From contig NGBS01000592.1 of the NCBI GenBank assembly GCA_002245135.1, positions 62,001 to 126,000 on the forward strand: 64,000 nt of DNA. The letters are read 5' to 3'. Position numbers and translations under genes: made by a program. The first letter of the stretch is position 1; each line of letters opens with the position of its first letter. Shown here one piece after another: positions 37,409 through 50,930 of this stretch. The DNA comes from Proteromonas lacertae. Lineage: Eukaryota. The notes beneath the pieces are model-generated. The model did no database searches. It was given only the letters and a program-made list of their open reading frames with translations, and was not told the origin of the DNA.

Positions 37409-38350
37409 ATTATTAAATAGTTGATAATTTGTATATTCCATCTTTAAATACTGAATTTGTTATTCCAATTCCATTCAAATATATAGTCAAGGACCAAATA
37501 TTGAAAGAAAATAATAATTATATTTGTTGTAATCAAGTTAGTTCTTATTTTATATTAGGTATTATTATTGGTATTGCTATTCGTACAAATATTTCATTAC
37601 CGTTGAAATTTCCAGGAATTATCTGGAAAATGATTGTTCAAGAAACGTTACATTTTAGTGATATAAAAGAGATAGATGAAGAATGTTATGAAATGGTAAA
37701 AGAATTAGAGAAAATAAATGAAGAGGAGTTTCACAACAAATACAAATCCAAAAAGTTCGTTTATTCCAGTTTAGATAGTGAAAAAATAGAATTAATAGAG
37801 AATGGAAATGAAAAAGACTTGACTTATGAAAATAAAGATGAATATATCAAATTAATAAAGAAAGAGAGATTAAATGAACTAAAAATTCCAACGAATGATA
37901 TTAGAGAAGGACTTATTAGTGTTATACCAGAAATTATATTAGATATTTTAACATCAGATGATTTACAGGTATAGATTTATTATATTATTATTTTTAAATA
38001 GAAAGTGGTATGTTTTAAACATCAAGATAATTTTTTTGACTCATATACTCAATTTCCATATTAATTGCTTGATAATATGTTTTGGATTTTATTATAATAA
38101 AAAAACAATAATATTAAAAAAAAGTTATAAATGCTTACTCAACATGTTCGTGTTCTTTTACCTCTTTAGAGTATAATTTACTATAATATCCAAGTGATGA
38201 CTAATAAAGTAAAAACTACATATATACTGTTATAAATATTGTAATAACTGATATAATGACATTATATAAAAATCCTTTAAAAAAATTATCTCCTTGTAAT
38301 ACACTACATTTATCAGGATTTGTCTCATTCTCTCTTATACAAAACTGATA
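26562..38350 (+). CDS. Giant HERC-like E3 ubiquitin ligase: RCC1 repeats, LamG-like, SPRY, FN3, SPRY, HECT; many micro-introns; 3' end uncertain
   Basis: Start MGAKQS; YTWGNGGLGELG, YSWGKNNQGQCG RCC1 repeats; FSISFWLY/KWFHVICTY; WFYEVTL..GLLQIGWA SPRY; GLTPDSQYYFQVKA FN3; GIHYWEV SPRY; LGIIIGIAIR...ELIENGNEKDLTYENKDEYI HECT. Confidence 0.85.
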
Positions 38351-38830
38351 ACTAGAATATTGGCATTGTATAAATATATTATACTCGTAATTTAAATTAT
38401 ATGCTGTATAGAGTGTTAAAATAAGCACAAAACTGTTAATCAGGTTAAGATAAAATATAAAATCAAAAATATACAAAAAATGATATTGTTACAGTAGAAT
38501 TTAAATAACAAAACAAACTAAACTGCACAGATATTAGAATATAGAAAAAAAAATAAAAATACCCATGATATATATTTTGAATTGTTTGATTTTAAACTAG
38601 CATATCCCATAGCTGGTAATAGTATTGAAAACAGGATAGAAATATTGAATTTATTTGCATGATCAAATGACGCTATTTTAATTACACAAAACGAATTAAA
38701 TATCTACAATAAATACAGTAAATTATACAAACAAAGCCACAATCAAAGCAAGAAGTCTAATTTTGTGATTTAAAGACATGGTTTTGCAAAATTAACGAAA
38801 ATATCCCCAATTGTTACTTTTTTGTTTTTA

Positions 38831-39755
38831 ATGGAACATGTATAGATCTGTCTATTATTTTTAGCCTGAAGCAGTAATAAACGAGTTACACAAAAATTCT
38901 AGAAACATTTTATACTTATCGATAGGAGCTACAGTACTGTTTAACTATTTCTATATATGATAGGTTTTTGTGATTTTAGACATAATATTACGAATAGCAT
39001 TTGACATATCTAACATTTATTTTATTACTTCTGATGTTGTGGAGGTTATGCTGGTAGTAATAATTCCAATATTAGGTTATCAAGGATCGAAAAAGAGAAA
39101 TAGAGGTTTTTTATCAGTGGTATATAAAAAAAGATAATATTTTATTTGAATATATAGTTTATATGGGGTAATTGTGTTATATCTGGTTGTTCAGTATATA
39201 TAATAGAATGATTATAATTATACTAATAGGTTTTTTATTTAATTTTATGGATATTTACAATAATATTATCATTAGGAATTGTAGACACAAGATATATGAT
39301 ATATACTTCATTTGATGTTATAATGACTTTAATTGTTGCTGTTTTATCAGTATATATATATATATCATATTTTGAAATAGTTTTTATCATTCAGTAAAGG
39401 TAGAAAATTATATTCTCATCCGTATTACACTCGTATAACAATCAGTACACCATTATTTATGGGAGGTGAATCACCAGTACAGACTGTACAGTATGTTATT
39501 CCAAATGGTCAACCTATTAGTGAAATTCCCGTTGGACCAACTGTACAACAACCACAATTTGTTCCTTATCCAAATCAACAAGGTACTTATGTAATGAATA
39601 TCAATCAACAACCTCCTGTATATCCACCACAAGGTAATTATGTAAATGCTATGGATGAAATGCAACCACCTCCACAATTATATCAGAATTTATCACCATA
39701 TGAATCAACAGCATTTATACCACCTCCTTCTAATAGTAGATATAATAATTATTAA
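38831..39755 (+). CDS. Tandem family copy 1: multi-TM protein with Pro/Gln-rich tail
   Basis: 9-nt first coding exon, conserved micro-intron positions, IPILG, HPYY, P/Q tail. Confidence 0.7.
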
Positions 39756-39913
39756 TTGATTTTATATACTTATATTTTATTAAAGTGTGTGTTGGAAAAT
39801 GATTATTTATACATAACAAGTTAATTGTACTCTGTATAATCAATAAATTGGATAAAATAATTGTTTTGCCAAAATATCGAAAAATTTCCCCAATTGTTAC
39901 TTTTTTGTTTTTA

Positions 39914-40884
39914 ATGGAACAAGTATAGATCTGTCTATTATTTTTAGTCTGAAGAAGTAGTAAACGAGTTACATAACAAATCTAAAAAGGTTTTATGGTT
40001 ATCGATAGGAGCTTCAGTATTGTTTATATATTTCTACAGTGTAATAGTTTTTTGCGATTTTAAATTATCTATCACCAATAATATTTAGTTTAGAATTGGT
40101 TTATTTATATATTGTGCCTGTGATTTTAGTTATTTTAATACCAATATGTGGTATAGAAGGTGCAAAAAAGAGAGACGCTAGTTTATTGTCGGCAGTATAT
40201 ATAGACGATAATATTTTTTAAATATAGTTTACGTGGGCTAATTTTGCTCTCTTTGCCTGTTCAGTATATAATGTTATTAATTTTTATATATTAATAGGTG
40301 TTGGATATATTTGTTATGATAATAAACGGAGTAAATGTCTTGTCACATTCAGATTCAAAATATAAAGCATATTTTATTGTTACTGTAATTTTAACTATTA
40401 TTGTTATTATATTATCAGTATAATATATATATAATATTGAATATTTTAATAGTTTTTATCTTTCTATCAAGGAAAACAGTTATATTCTCATCCTTATTAT
40501 AGTCATTTCATTATTAATCCATTAGCCAATGTTGTAGGTCAAAGACCAATAGAAATGGTTCAATACGTTACTCCAAGTGGTCAAATAATAACTGGAATTC
40601 CAGTTGGACCTATTCAACCACAACAACCACAACAAATGAACGTTGTCCAAGGTATTCCAGCTTATACAAACCAACAAGGAACTTATGTAGTTAATATGAA
40701 TCAACCTCCTGTACAACAACCACCACTATCTGTTTATGTAAATACAATGAATGAATTACATCCTCAACCACAAGGAACATATGTTATGAATATGAATCAA
40801 CAACCTCCAATACAAGAAGAACCAGTTGTATTATTACCAACTCCTACTGGTAATGAAAAGCAACATAATAATAATAAATATTAA
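39914..40884 (+). CDS. Tandem family copy 2
   Basis: Same exon structure; IPICG, HPYY, EMVQYVTPSGQ. Confidence 0.7.
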
Positions 40885-41189
40885 TTACATCATATATTTT
40901 TTTATATTTTTTAATGAAGTGTGTATAAAGGTATATATAAAAGATCTTTTTTGCATTTACTTTTATCATATTAGTATTTTAAAAGCCTAAAATAATACAA
41001 ATTATAATAACCTAATAGAGAAGCCCAAATTATAAAAATAATCAACTATTTTCTATTCAATTATCTATTTTCACAAAACAAAAATCCATATTCTTCATAT
41101 TACATCATATATTTTGAATTTCTTATTTTTCAAAATGGGTTTATCCTAATTAGTGAAAACATTCCCCAATTGTTATTTTTTTGTTTTTC

Positions 41190-41986
41190 ATGGATCAAGT
41201 ATGTGTATGTCTATAATTTTTAGTCTTTACAATCACCAAACGACTTAAGAAAGCAATCTGTAAAGGTCATAAGTTTATCTATAGGAGCTGCAGTATTGCT
41301 AAAATATTTCTATAATGAAACAGATATTTATGATTTTAAATGTTGTAATATCAAGTATTTATAGTGGTTTATACATACACCAACTCTCTGTGCCTATTAT
41401 GATATACATTCTAATTCCAATATGTGGATGTGTAGGCTCAAAATTAAGAGATGATAGTTTATTGACATTAGTATTCATAATATTGTATATTTTACTTCTA
41501 TAGTTTGCATGTTCAAACTGTTTAGTGTTTATGTTTGCTGTATAATAATGATAATTTCTATACTGTTAATAGATAATTTGTATAATAATTTGTATAATAT
41601 TGTGCCTTCAAATGTCAACTAGTGAATTAGAAGAAATAATAGTTAAAATAGCAATACTAATTGCTATTTTATTAATACAAAGTGTTTTTTCTGTATAATA
41701 CTTATATAAGTTTATAATTACATTTTTACTATAGTATTTATCATTCTCTAAAGCGAAAAAATTATATTCTCATCCATACTATTCTAGAAGGATAATAAAT
41801 CCATCAGGAAACATGATAGATGAAACATCAATTGAAAGGACAAATTTATTACCTCATATTATTACTGGAATGCCTGTTCCTCAAGCTCAGCAACCACAAA
41901 TTCAAACACAAACTAATTTTGTTCAATCAATTCCTGTTTAATCATCAGGAGTGGTTATACTACCATCTAATAGAAATAGAATATAA
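41190..41986 (+). CDS. Tandem family copy 3 (short tail)
   Basis: Same exon structure; IPICG, HPYY. Confidence 0.62.
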
Positions 41987-42172
41987 ATTTAAAAGAAAAT
42001 TATTATGTTAGTTTTGAATATTGTTTAATTATTATGTATTTGTAATAATAAACATGTGAAAGTGTATGCTAATTGTAAATCATTAATGAATTGCCTTTAT
42101 TAATAACTTTCAATAATGATGAAACGGCTATATTTTGTTAAATCCAAAAACACTCTTTTATTCTTAAAATAA

Positions 42173-43348
42173 ATGCCTGTTGGTAATTTCAATTATCAAA
42201 ATCCCACACGAATATTATTTGGGAAAGATATGATACGAGAACTACCAAAATACCTACCAGAAGATAAACATTTCATATTAACTTATGGTGGAGGTAGTAT
42301 AAAAAAGTATGGTACTTATGATGCTGTTAAGAAAGCGTTAGGTAATAGAATAGTAGAAGATTTTGGTGGAATAGAAGCAAATCCTGATTTTGACACTTTA
42401 ATGAAATGTGTTACAAGAATAAAGGAAATTGGGCCAGACAAATGCTATTTGTTAGCAGTTGGTGGTGGTTCGGTAATAGATGGTAGTAAATTCATCTCAG
42501 CTGCTAGTTACTTTGAAGGTGATGCATGGGAAGATTTATTATTGAAGCATGCTCCAATCAAAAAGGCAGTTCCACTTGCAACAGTGTTGACTTTACCAGC
42601 AACAGGAAGTGAAAGCAATAAAGGAGCTGGTATTTCAAGACGATCAATTCATCGAAAAGTAGGATTTAAAAATGATTTGTTATTCCCTATAGTGAGTGTA
42701 TTAGATCCTGTTTTATCTTATACTTTACCTGATAATCAAACAGCGAATGGTGTAGTAGATGCTTTTATTCATGTTTGTGAACAGTATATAACATATCCAT
42801 GTGAAGCTGATTGTCAAGATCGATATTGTGAAGGATTGATGAAAGTATTAGTGAAAAATGGTGAAAAGGTAGTTAATGATCCAAAAGATTATGCAGCTCG
42901 TGCTAATGTAATGTGGGCTACAAATCAAGCACTGAATTATTTAATAGCGCAAGGCGTTCCTGAAGATTGGTCAACTCATACTATAAGTTTTGACTTAACA
43001 GCTCAATTAGGCTTAGACCATGGTGTTGCTGTAGCTATTATTCAGCCAAGATTGTTAGAGTATAAAATTGAACAAAAGAAAGAAAAGTTAGCAATGTTAG
43101 GTGAAGCTGTATTTGGAATAAAGAATAGTGATAAACTATGTGAAGCAAAAGAGACAATAAAAGCAATAGAACATTTCTATCATGATATAATGAAAGTTCC
43201 AACTCGAATAAGTGAATGTAAATGTAGTCAAGATAAAAGTTGGATAAAAGAAGTTTGTGATAGATTTAAAAAGGAAGGAGCCAAATTGGGTGAACATCAA
43301 GATATAACCTCAGAAGATGTAGGAAAGATCTTAAATAAATGTTATTAA
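42173..43348 (+). CDS. Iron/zinc-containing NADPH-dependent alcohol/aldehyde dehydrogenase, bacterial YqhD/BdhA type
   Basis: FNYQNPTRILFG, YGGGSIKK, GGIEANP, AVGGGSVIDGSK, TLPATGSE, DAFIH, DWSTH, GLDH; intronless. Confidence 0.92.
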   Translation: MPVGNFNYQNPTRILFGKDMIRELPKYLPEDKHFILTYGGGSIKKYGTYDAVKKALGNRIVEDFGGIEANPDFDTLMKCVTRIKEIGPDKCYLLAVGGGSVIDGSKFISAASYFEGDAWEDLLLKHAPIKKAVPLATVLTLPATGSESNKGAGISRRSIHRKVGFKNDLLFPIVSVLDPVLSYTLPDNQTANGVVDAFIHVCEQYITYPCEADCQDRYCEGLMKVLVKNGEKVVNDPKDYAARANVMWATNQALNYLIAQGVPEDWSTHTISFDLTAQLGLDHGVAVAIIQPRLLEYKIEQKKEKLAMLGEAVFGIKNSDKLCEAKETIKAIEHFYHDIMKVPTRISECKCSQDKSWIKEVCDRFKKEGAKLGEHQDITSEDVGKILNKCY

Positions 43349-43432
43349 GTTAAATACTGTTTTTCATTTACATTTTGAATTGTTTTCATTGTTTTATCCA
43401 AAAAAAATCCCCAAATTGTCAGTTTTTTAAAA

Positions 43433-44424
43433 ATGGAACAAGTATGAATCTATGTAAAATTAAATAGTCTGAAGAAGTAAATAATGAGCTAAAAAGTAAA
43501 TCTAAAAAGGTCATAATTATTTCATCAGTAGCTGCTGTATTATTTGTTTCATTATTAGTTGTAGTTTTTTGTAGTTGTGAATATTATCATAATATTAATC
43601 GCTAATACTGATAATATGGAGGGCATATCTGCACCTTCTGTTGTATTTATTTTAATAGCCAATCTGTGGTATAGTAGGTACAAAAAATAGAAATTCTGGT
43701 ATATTATCATGGGTATATATACATTTTTATATTTTTTTGTTATTTAGTTTACATGGTGTAGTATGTGTGAATTTGTTTATACTGTATAATAGAAATATTG
43801 ATTTAATATAAATAGATGTTATATATTATTCAATGGATAGTAAGAGCTGTGTTTTTATCATATTTCAAAGATTATTGTAATAAACATCATAAAGATGGTT
43901 ATGATTGTGATTTATACAACAGTTCATCATTTTGGGTTTATTTCTCATTAGCAATTATAGTATCAATAATAGTGTGTGTTTTATCAGTATATATATATAT
44001 ATATTAAATAATTATTCTTCATATATAGCTTATATCTTACTTAAAATCAAAACAGTTATATTCAAATCCATATTTCAACAAAATGAAAGTTAATCCATCA
44101 TCTGAGAATGTAATACCAATGCCAATAGAAATGGTTCAATATATACAACCAAATGGTCAAATAGTAGCAACTGCTACTTATCAACCACAACCACAATTTC
44201 AACAGACTAATATTGTTCAAGGAATTCCAATATATGCAAATCAACAAGGTAATTATATAATTAATGTTGATGAACAATTGCAACTATCACAACCACAACC
44301 TCAAGGTAATTATGCTGTAAATATGAGTCATACTCAACCTCCTCAATTATATCAATCCCCTCCATCATATTCATCGAAAGTAATATTACCAGCTTCAAAT
44401 AATAATAATAATTTTAATGAATAA
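43433..44424 (+). CDS. Tandem family copy 4
   Basis: Same exon structure; NPYF, EMVQYIQPNGQ. Confidence 0.7.
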
Positions 44425-44698
44425 CTGTACATATTTTATTTATTTATTTATTTATTTGTCATTTTCATCTTTATTGATGTACTTAAATCAACAACTAGAA
44501 ATAATTAACTGTGGTTAACAATTAAAAATATATTCACTTTTCGCAAGCACTATATTCCAAAATAAATGACAAATAAAATTCTACATAATTAAGCAAATTA
44601 TTATGTATGAAATCAAATCAGAAAGCTAGATATTAGAATTTCAAAACAATGTTTTGCCGAATTAACCAAAAATAGCCCCAAATTGTCAATTCTAAAAA

Positions 44699-45705
44699 AT
44701 GGAACCAGTATGGATCTAGATATTATTCAATAGCACGAGGAAGTTATAAATGAACTACAGAATAAAACCAAAAAAGTTATAGCAGTTTCAATTGTAGTAG
44801 CTGTATAATTTGTTACATTATTTGTTTTAGTTCTTTGTGGTTATATGTACAATTTTATCATATACTAGCGATTCAGGAGATTTATATGGAGTATATGCTC
44901 CCTCCATTCTATCAATAATCATCCCAATATGTGGTATTTTAGGAGCAAGAAATAAAAATCCTAATTTATTGTCATGGGTATAATTATATAATTGTTTTAT
45001 TTTCTTGTCTAGTTTACTTGGTGTAGTTTATGTGAATTTGTGTGTGGTGTATAGTTTAATAATTATTAATATTATTGTAGATATTGTATGGTGTTGGATG
45101 GATAATAACAGCATCAATATTGTCATTCCTAAAAGAGCATTGTGATGATGATGACAAATACAACCATAATGATAATGATAGGTGTAAGTTTTTAAATAGT
45201 TCTTCATTTTGGGTATATTTCGCAATAGCTGTTGTTATGTCAATAATAATTAGTGTTTTATCAGTATATAATTGTTATATTTTTAATATTATTTCAATAG
45301 TTTTTATCATACCATTGGGGAAAGGAATTGTATTCTAATCCATACTTTAATCATGTTATAATTAATCCACCAGTGTATATGGCAGGTCAGGGACCAATAG
45401 AAATGGTCCAGTATGTAACACCAAGTGGTCAAATAATAGTTGCTCCATATCAGCAACAACCATTACAACAAATGACATTATCACCTCAACAACCAAGTAA
45501 TATTGTCCAAGGTATTCCAGCTTATACTAATCAGCAAGGAACTTATGTAATTAATATGGATCAACAACCACAAATACAACAATCGCAAGGTACTTATGTC
45601 TCTAATATAAATCAACCTCCTCTTCCACAGCTATATCAATCTCCATCCTCAGATTCATCAATTGTATTACTTCAACCTCCTAATGGCAATAACAGTAGTA
45701 AATAA
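44699..45705 (+). CDS. Tandem family copy 5
   Basis: Same exon structure; IPICG, NPYF, EMVQYVTPSGQ. Confidence 0.7.
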
Positions 45706-46096
45706 TCTCAGTAATAAATAATTAAATGTATTTATCTAATATGTGTGAAACTGTACATCTCATTTGGTTGTTATCACTATATTCTTTCAAATAAAATAAA
45801 TAACTAATCGTAATGATTTATTTTCACCTCATTTAATTCCAACCAATGTTCTGATGTTTTTTAAATAATTTTATAATTTATATAAACTATCTACATGTAT
45901 TAAATATGGAAGCTGAATGACAAAGAACATCGTGTAAAATTCATGTAAAATTTGGCATTTACTTAGATATACTCTGCAGCTTTGCTATAAGTCGTTGCAT
46001 CATATTATTAACAGAAGCATTATCAAATGACTAGAACATTCTACATTCTGATATAAAATGATAGTTAAACGAAAATTTTCCCCAAAGATTTTAAAT

Positions 46097-46856
46097 ATGC
46101 AGTTAGTATATTTTTTACATATTATCAATAGTCTGAAGATATACAAACTGACATAAAGAAGAAAACAGGAAGAGTTTTATATATCGCAGGAGTTGCAGCA
46201 GTATACTTCATAAAGTTGTAATATATAGGGTATAATAATGGTGGAAACGACATGGCAATTAATATTCTTAAGCTTTTTTTATTTTGGTATACTACCATAT
46301 AATTTGCTTGCGTTGATTATTCCATTATGTGGTTATATTGGTGTTAAAGCTAAAATATTATGTTGTGTAGAATGTGTATCTATTTTATTCATTTATTTTA
46401 TTATTGCAGTTTGCTTTAGGAAGTTTATCTAAGTGTTGCTTAGTTGTATATTTTAATCTTTATTTTCATTAGTTTGGACTTTGCATTATGTGGATTGTTC
46501 TGGCAGCAATAGGGTTTACTGAAGAATTAAACAATTTTACAATTTTTGTAGTAATTGAAGTAATTTTATCATTATTCTATTTTGTTACCACTGTATATAT
46601 ATTGTGATGCGTTCATATTTCCTAGGGTCTATCATGTTGGTGGGGAAGACAACTTTATTTACATCCTTACTTTTGTAAGTTAGAAATTGTACCTCCACCT
46701 AACGTATCAGGTGTACCAGCAAGGACTGTAGAAATGGTGCAAATTGTAACACCAGGTGGTCAGATTGTATCTGGTTTTCATACACCAACAATTCAAGCAC
46801 CACCACCTCCTCAAAGACGTATTTGCAGTGACATGAACTGCCCAGCATTACCATAA
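46097..46856 (+). CDS. Tandem family copy 6 (short tail)
   Basis: IPLCGYIG, HPYF, EMVQIVTPGGQ. Confidence 0.62.
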
Positions 46857-47287
46857 TAATAACAAAGAAATTAATAATTAATAAATATATAACTTGATTT
46901 TACTAATGTTTTATTTAATATAATTTAATGGATTTATGAAATATTAATAAGTAGATCAATTAAGTATAATAAATACTTATGTGAAGCTATTAGTTGTTGA
47001 AATATTATATATAAATCAAATTCATTGAATCATTTTGAAGGTTATGTATGAAGCTGAAATATCTACCCATATATTATATAGTATAATTATTATAGACTTT
47101 TATTATTAACAAATATGTCTTGTAAAAATTATGTAAAAAATATATATATCGAATATTATATCTACAGGTACAGATAATTGATAAACATAATATTATTCAA
47201 AGAACACTGTCAAAATATGAAAGTAAATATATGAATATATATTTTTTTAAATAAAAATAACGAAAAAATCCCCAAAGATTTTCTATA

Positions 47288-48561
47288 ATGAATAATGTAT
47301 GTTTTACACATATACAATATAGCCTCAAGAAGTAGAATTAGAAATAAAGAAGAAAAGTCAAAGGGTTATAAAAATAGCGATTGTATCTGCAGTATATATC
47401 TTACTATATATAATTAACTTTCTAGGTTGTGGTAATAGTAGATGCAGGAATAGCGTTTGGTTTTGGTTATGTAAATTATATTTGGTTAGTATTAAACACT
47501 GTGGTTGCCTTATCTATTCCGATATGTGGTTATAGAGGAGCTACAAATAAAAATGCTAAAGATTTAGCCTGGGTATCTATAAACTCTGTATTATTTTCCA
47601 TTTAGTTTACATGGTGTAGTCTATTTAAGTCTGTGTGTATGGTATAGTTTATTAGTCAATATTATTTTAATAGTTGATCGATGTAGGATACTCAATATTC
47701 TTAGCTATGTATGTGTCTGACTTACTATCTTATTGTGATGAAAATTATTCTGCTGACTGTAGTGTTTATTCTTCATCATTTTGGATATATTTTATTATTA
47801 TAATGATAATATATGTAGCTTATCTTATTACATTAGTATATTTTATTATTATTATCAAATAGTGTTTTTCATTTTGGTTGGGAAAACAACTATATAATCA
47901 TCCTTATTTCACTAAAATTGTAGTTGCTCCTCCAGTTATAACAACAGAAGCCAAACCAATAGAGATGATACAAATAGTAACTCCAGATGGTCAAGTAGTA
48001 ACAGGATATCATGTTCCAAAAACAATGCAATTACCACAGAATGTTAATATAATTCAAGGTGCTGTTGCTAATCCAACACCACAAGCAACTATTCCAACTG
48101 TTATATCTACTTCTCCAATACCACAAGCATCTATACCAACAACTTATCTTGTTAATATGAATCAGCAAGAACAACCAAATATAATGCAAGGAATTGTTAC
48201 TAATCCAACCCAACAAGGAACATATATTGTTAATAATAATGAAGAAGCAGCTGCACGAGGAGGTATTTATATTGTTAATGTGGATAATAATGAGCAACCA
48301 ATGACAAAACAAAGAGAAGGTATTTATATAATGAATAAAAATGATGATGATGGAGAAGAACAGAATGAAACTAATGAAGTCAATATAAAGAATAAGCCTC
48401 CACCTCCACCTAGAAGACATGTTAAGAAGAGCAAGAAAGAGTCTCCTCAATCTTCTCCAAAAGAAGAAGAAGAAGCTTATCAACTACCATCTCAATCATA
48501 TAAGAATGAAAAGCAAGTAAAAACAAATAATTCTAATGATTCCAGTGACAGTGATTATTAG
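47288..48561 (+). CDS. Tandem family copy 7 (long tail ending DSDY)
   Basis: IPICGYRG, HPYF, EMIQIVTPDGQ, PPPPPRR. Confidence 0.7.
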
Positions 48562-49151
48562 ACATGTAATTTCATAAGTATATTCTGATTTTAAATAAAT
48601 ATTTTATGTTATTTATCAATTTAATTTCAAAATAATTTAATGTAACATTCACAAACAAAATTGATTTAATAATATATTCATAAATATTACTGTATTTATA
48701 GTATAATGATATACATGTTATATGTTATTTATTAGCATATATAGAAATTTATAAAGTTTCTCAATCAAGCATATGTAAAGACATAATAATGTGCATCTGA
48801 TGTTAATAATATTATATATATATATATATATCAGCCTATTTATAATAATAAAATGGTTATGTATAAATCATGTAAAAATTCATAATTAGAGAAAAACATA
48901 TCTATATATGTCATTATTGTATATAAGAAATATAAAACGTGTTAATGAAAAATTTCATACAAATAAATGCAGGTAGAGTATATTTTCAAATAATCTTCAT
49001 TTTAACAATTATTCAAAATTCACACATCATTATCTAAAGTTTATTCAGTAAATTTCCGAAACAAATTATTTGAAGTGATAAATTCTACTCCACAAACATG
49101 AAATTATCAAAATGATATTTGAATGAAAAAATCCCCAAAGATTGATATTTT

Positions 49152-50356
49152 ATGAATATCGTATTCTTTTTACATATAATGATTAGTCCAAAGAAAAAGA
49201 ATTAGAAATAAATAAGAAAAGTAGAAGGGTGGTAAATGTAACTAGTTCTTTAATAGTATTTATTTATTTAACAAAATATTAGTGCTTAGTTATTGCTAAT
49301 TTAGCTATCGTCTTTTTTGGTTATTCAAATTTATATTGGTCAATAATTAGTTCACTTTATGCACTATTAGTCGCATTCTGCGGTTACAGTGGTGCAAAAT
49401 ATAAAAATATTAGTATATTAGCATGTGTATGAATATACTGTAAAAATATAATATTATTAGTTTTCGTGGTGTAATATCTTGAATTTCTTTTGTATAGTAT
49501 GATTAAATATATTTATTTATACAATAACAGATGGTCAATGTTATATATGGAATATTTTTAGCAATATATGCTATGGATTTAAATTCAAGTTGTATAAATA
49601 ACGAATATAGTGACTGTGATAAATATGATTCAATATTTTGGGTTTATTTTGTGTTATTAATAATTATCAGCCTTGTATATATGCTTATTACAGTATATAT
49701 ATATATAATTATTTCATTTCATATTATTAAATAGTGTTTGTCATTCTGTTTTGGAAGACAACTATATATACATCCCTATTTTAATAATTTAACTATCACT
49801 CTTCCACCATCTCCACCTATAAGAGAAGAAAAGCCAACAGAATTAGTTAAAATTGTAACTCCAGATGGATTAATTACACCAGTGCGTTCTCCAAAAGTTC
49901 AACAACCACAACCACAACCACAACATAGCTAATATAGTTCCAACAATAATTATCAGAGAAAATCAACAGCGAACAAGTAATGTAGTAAATCCTAACTCAC
50001 AACAACAGCAAGATATACCACCACAAGTTATATACATTGTAAAGAAGAATGAACAACCACAACCAATTCCTATTGTAAGAGAAGTTGTTACATTACCTCC
50101 TCCTCAAAATGAAATTAGAATTGTAAAAAAGTATGATAACAATGAAGAAGAAGAAGAAGAATCAAAACCACGAAGTATACATGCTATAAATAGAGAAAAA
50201 GAAGTTCCACCTCCTCCTCCACCTCGTAGAAAAGTGTTTAAAGAAAAAGAACAACCAGAAGAAGAAGAAGAAGAAAACTATGAATTACCTTCAGACTTTT
50301 GTAAAAACCAAAAACAATGCAAAGCTCATGATTCTGATGATGATAGTGATTATTAG
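49152..50356 (+). CDS. Tandem family copy 8 (long tail ending DSDY; frameshift near 49925 as assembled)
   Basis: HPYF, ELVKIVTPDG, PPPPPRR...YELPS...DSDY, matching copy 7. Confidence 0.65.
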
Positions 50357-50464
50357 GAAGAAATAATTTGATTAATTTATAAATAAATATATATTTAATG
50401 AATGTTGTTATATATAAACAAGCTAATAAATAAAATTAATAATAAGAAGAATATAGTTTAACGT

Positions 50465-50846
50465 TTATTGTTGTTTATTCTGTTCAGTAACATGGTTACT
50501 CCAACATTTATAGAAAGCATCTTGAACTTTACGACAATCAGAAAAATCATTATGTGTACGATATAAACATTTTCTATATGTTTCTAAACTTGGTCCACAT
50601 GCACTTCTAGCCTCTTCCAAACTAATTATTAACTATAAACAAATAAAAACAATACACATTTTCCACACATGATTTTACCTCTGCTCCTTGTGATAAACAT
50701 TCAGCAGGATCACCATTAGCATCTTTGCATTTCAAAAAATTTAGATTTGCTTGACTGCATCTTTCGTGAATCAATGGATAGATTGAACTTAATGTATCAG
50801 ATGTAGGAGTAGCAGGAATTGTATCAATTCTTTTTGGAACACTCAT
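50465..50846 (-). CDS. NDUFA8: Complex I accessory subunit NDUFA8-like (CX9C repeats), 2 exons
   Basis: PTSDTL...RCSQANLNFLKCKDANGDPAECLSQGAEVKSC, second exon ACGPSLETYRKCL...DFSDCRKVQDAFYKC. Confidence 0.8.
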
Positions 50847-50930
50847 AATTATTAATTATTAAAATCCAGAATAATTTGGCTTGATTGAAAATTGATTCGT
50901 TTTATTGCTGTTTTTTTTTGTTTAACGAAA

